This document shows positions 63,988 to 64,000 of a stretch of 64,000 nucleotides of DNA, piece after piece. Within the stretch, counting starts at the first letter, position 1; every line of letters begins with the position of its first letter. The stretch is from Candidatus Eiseniibacteriota bacterium (GTDB lineage: Bacteria > Eisenbacteria > RBG-16-71-46): contig JBGAML010000012.1 of NCBI GenBank assembly GCA_044223005.1, positions 32,001 to 96,000 of the forward strand, written 5' to 3'. The position numbers were made by a program, and so were the translations under genes. Under the pieces are notes generated by a model. That model saw only the letters and a list, made by a program, of their open reading frames with translations. It ran no database searches and was not told the origin of the DNA.

Positions 63988-64000
63988 AGCCCGGACGCCG

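Overview
This is a very GC-rich, gene-dense window from a diderm bacterium. Four secreted proteins carry T9SS-type-A/FlgD-Ig-like C-terminal domains, which suggests a Candidatus Eisenbacteria/Latescibacteria-like FCB-related lineage (inference only). In order, the window holds: (1) a fatty acid hydroxylase/sterol desaturase-family gene, a small Zn-ribbon ORF, a ~2900-aa cyclic beta-1,2-glucan synthase with a leader terminator, and a prolyl oligopeptidase; (2) a minus-strand copper/nitrite-reduction cluster (nirK-cytochrome c fusion, NirV/FGE-like, SCO, a Cys-rich CruR/CutF-like uORF, OprC TonB copper receptor, a Cys-capped beta-barrel, PCuAC) divergent from a Crp/Fnr regulator; (3) a lower-GC gene encoding a membrane domain fused to a methyltransferase, then lpxD, a cold-shock gene, gene remnants, a large passenger-like secreted protein, a phosphodiesterase and a PEP-mutase-family gene; (4) an ECF sigma factor coupled to a Ser/Thr kinase; (5) a ~20-kb beta-1,3-glucan utilisation locus (CBM lipoprotein, ROK repressor with two matching operators, GH16, a split Opp-type ABC transporter, GH1, a GH2-like glycosidase fused to a putative outer-membrane barrel, two CTD-bearing secreted proteins, GH149 phosphorylase); (6) a GNAT gene and three secreted or outer-membrane proteins. 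No rRNA, tRNA, CRISPR array or transposase was seen. All family calls come from motif recognition by eye, not from database searches.
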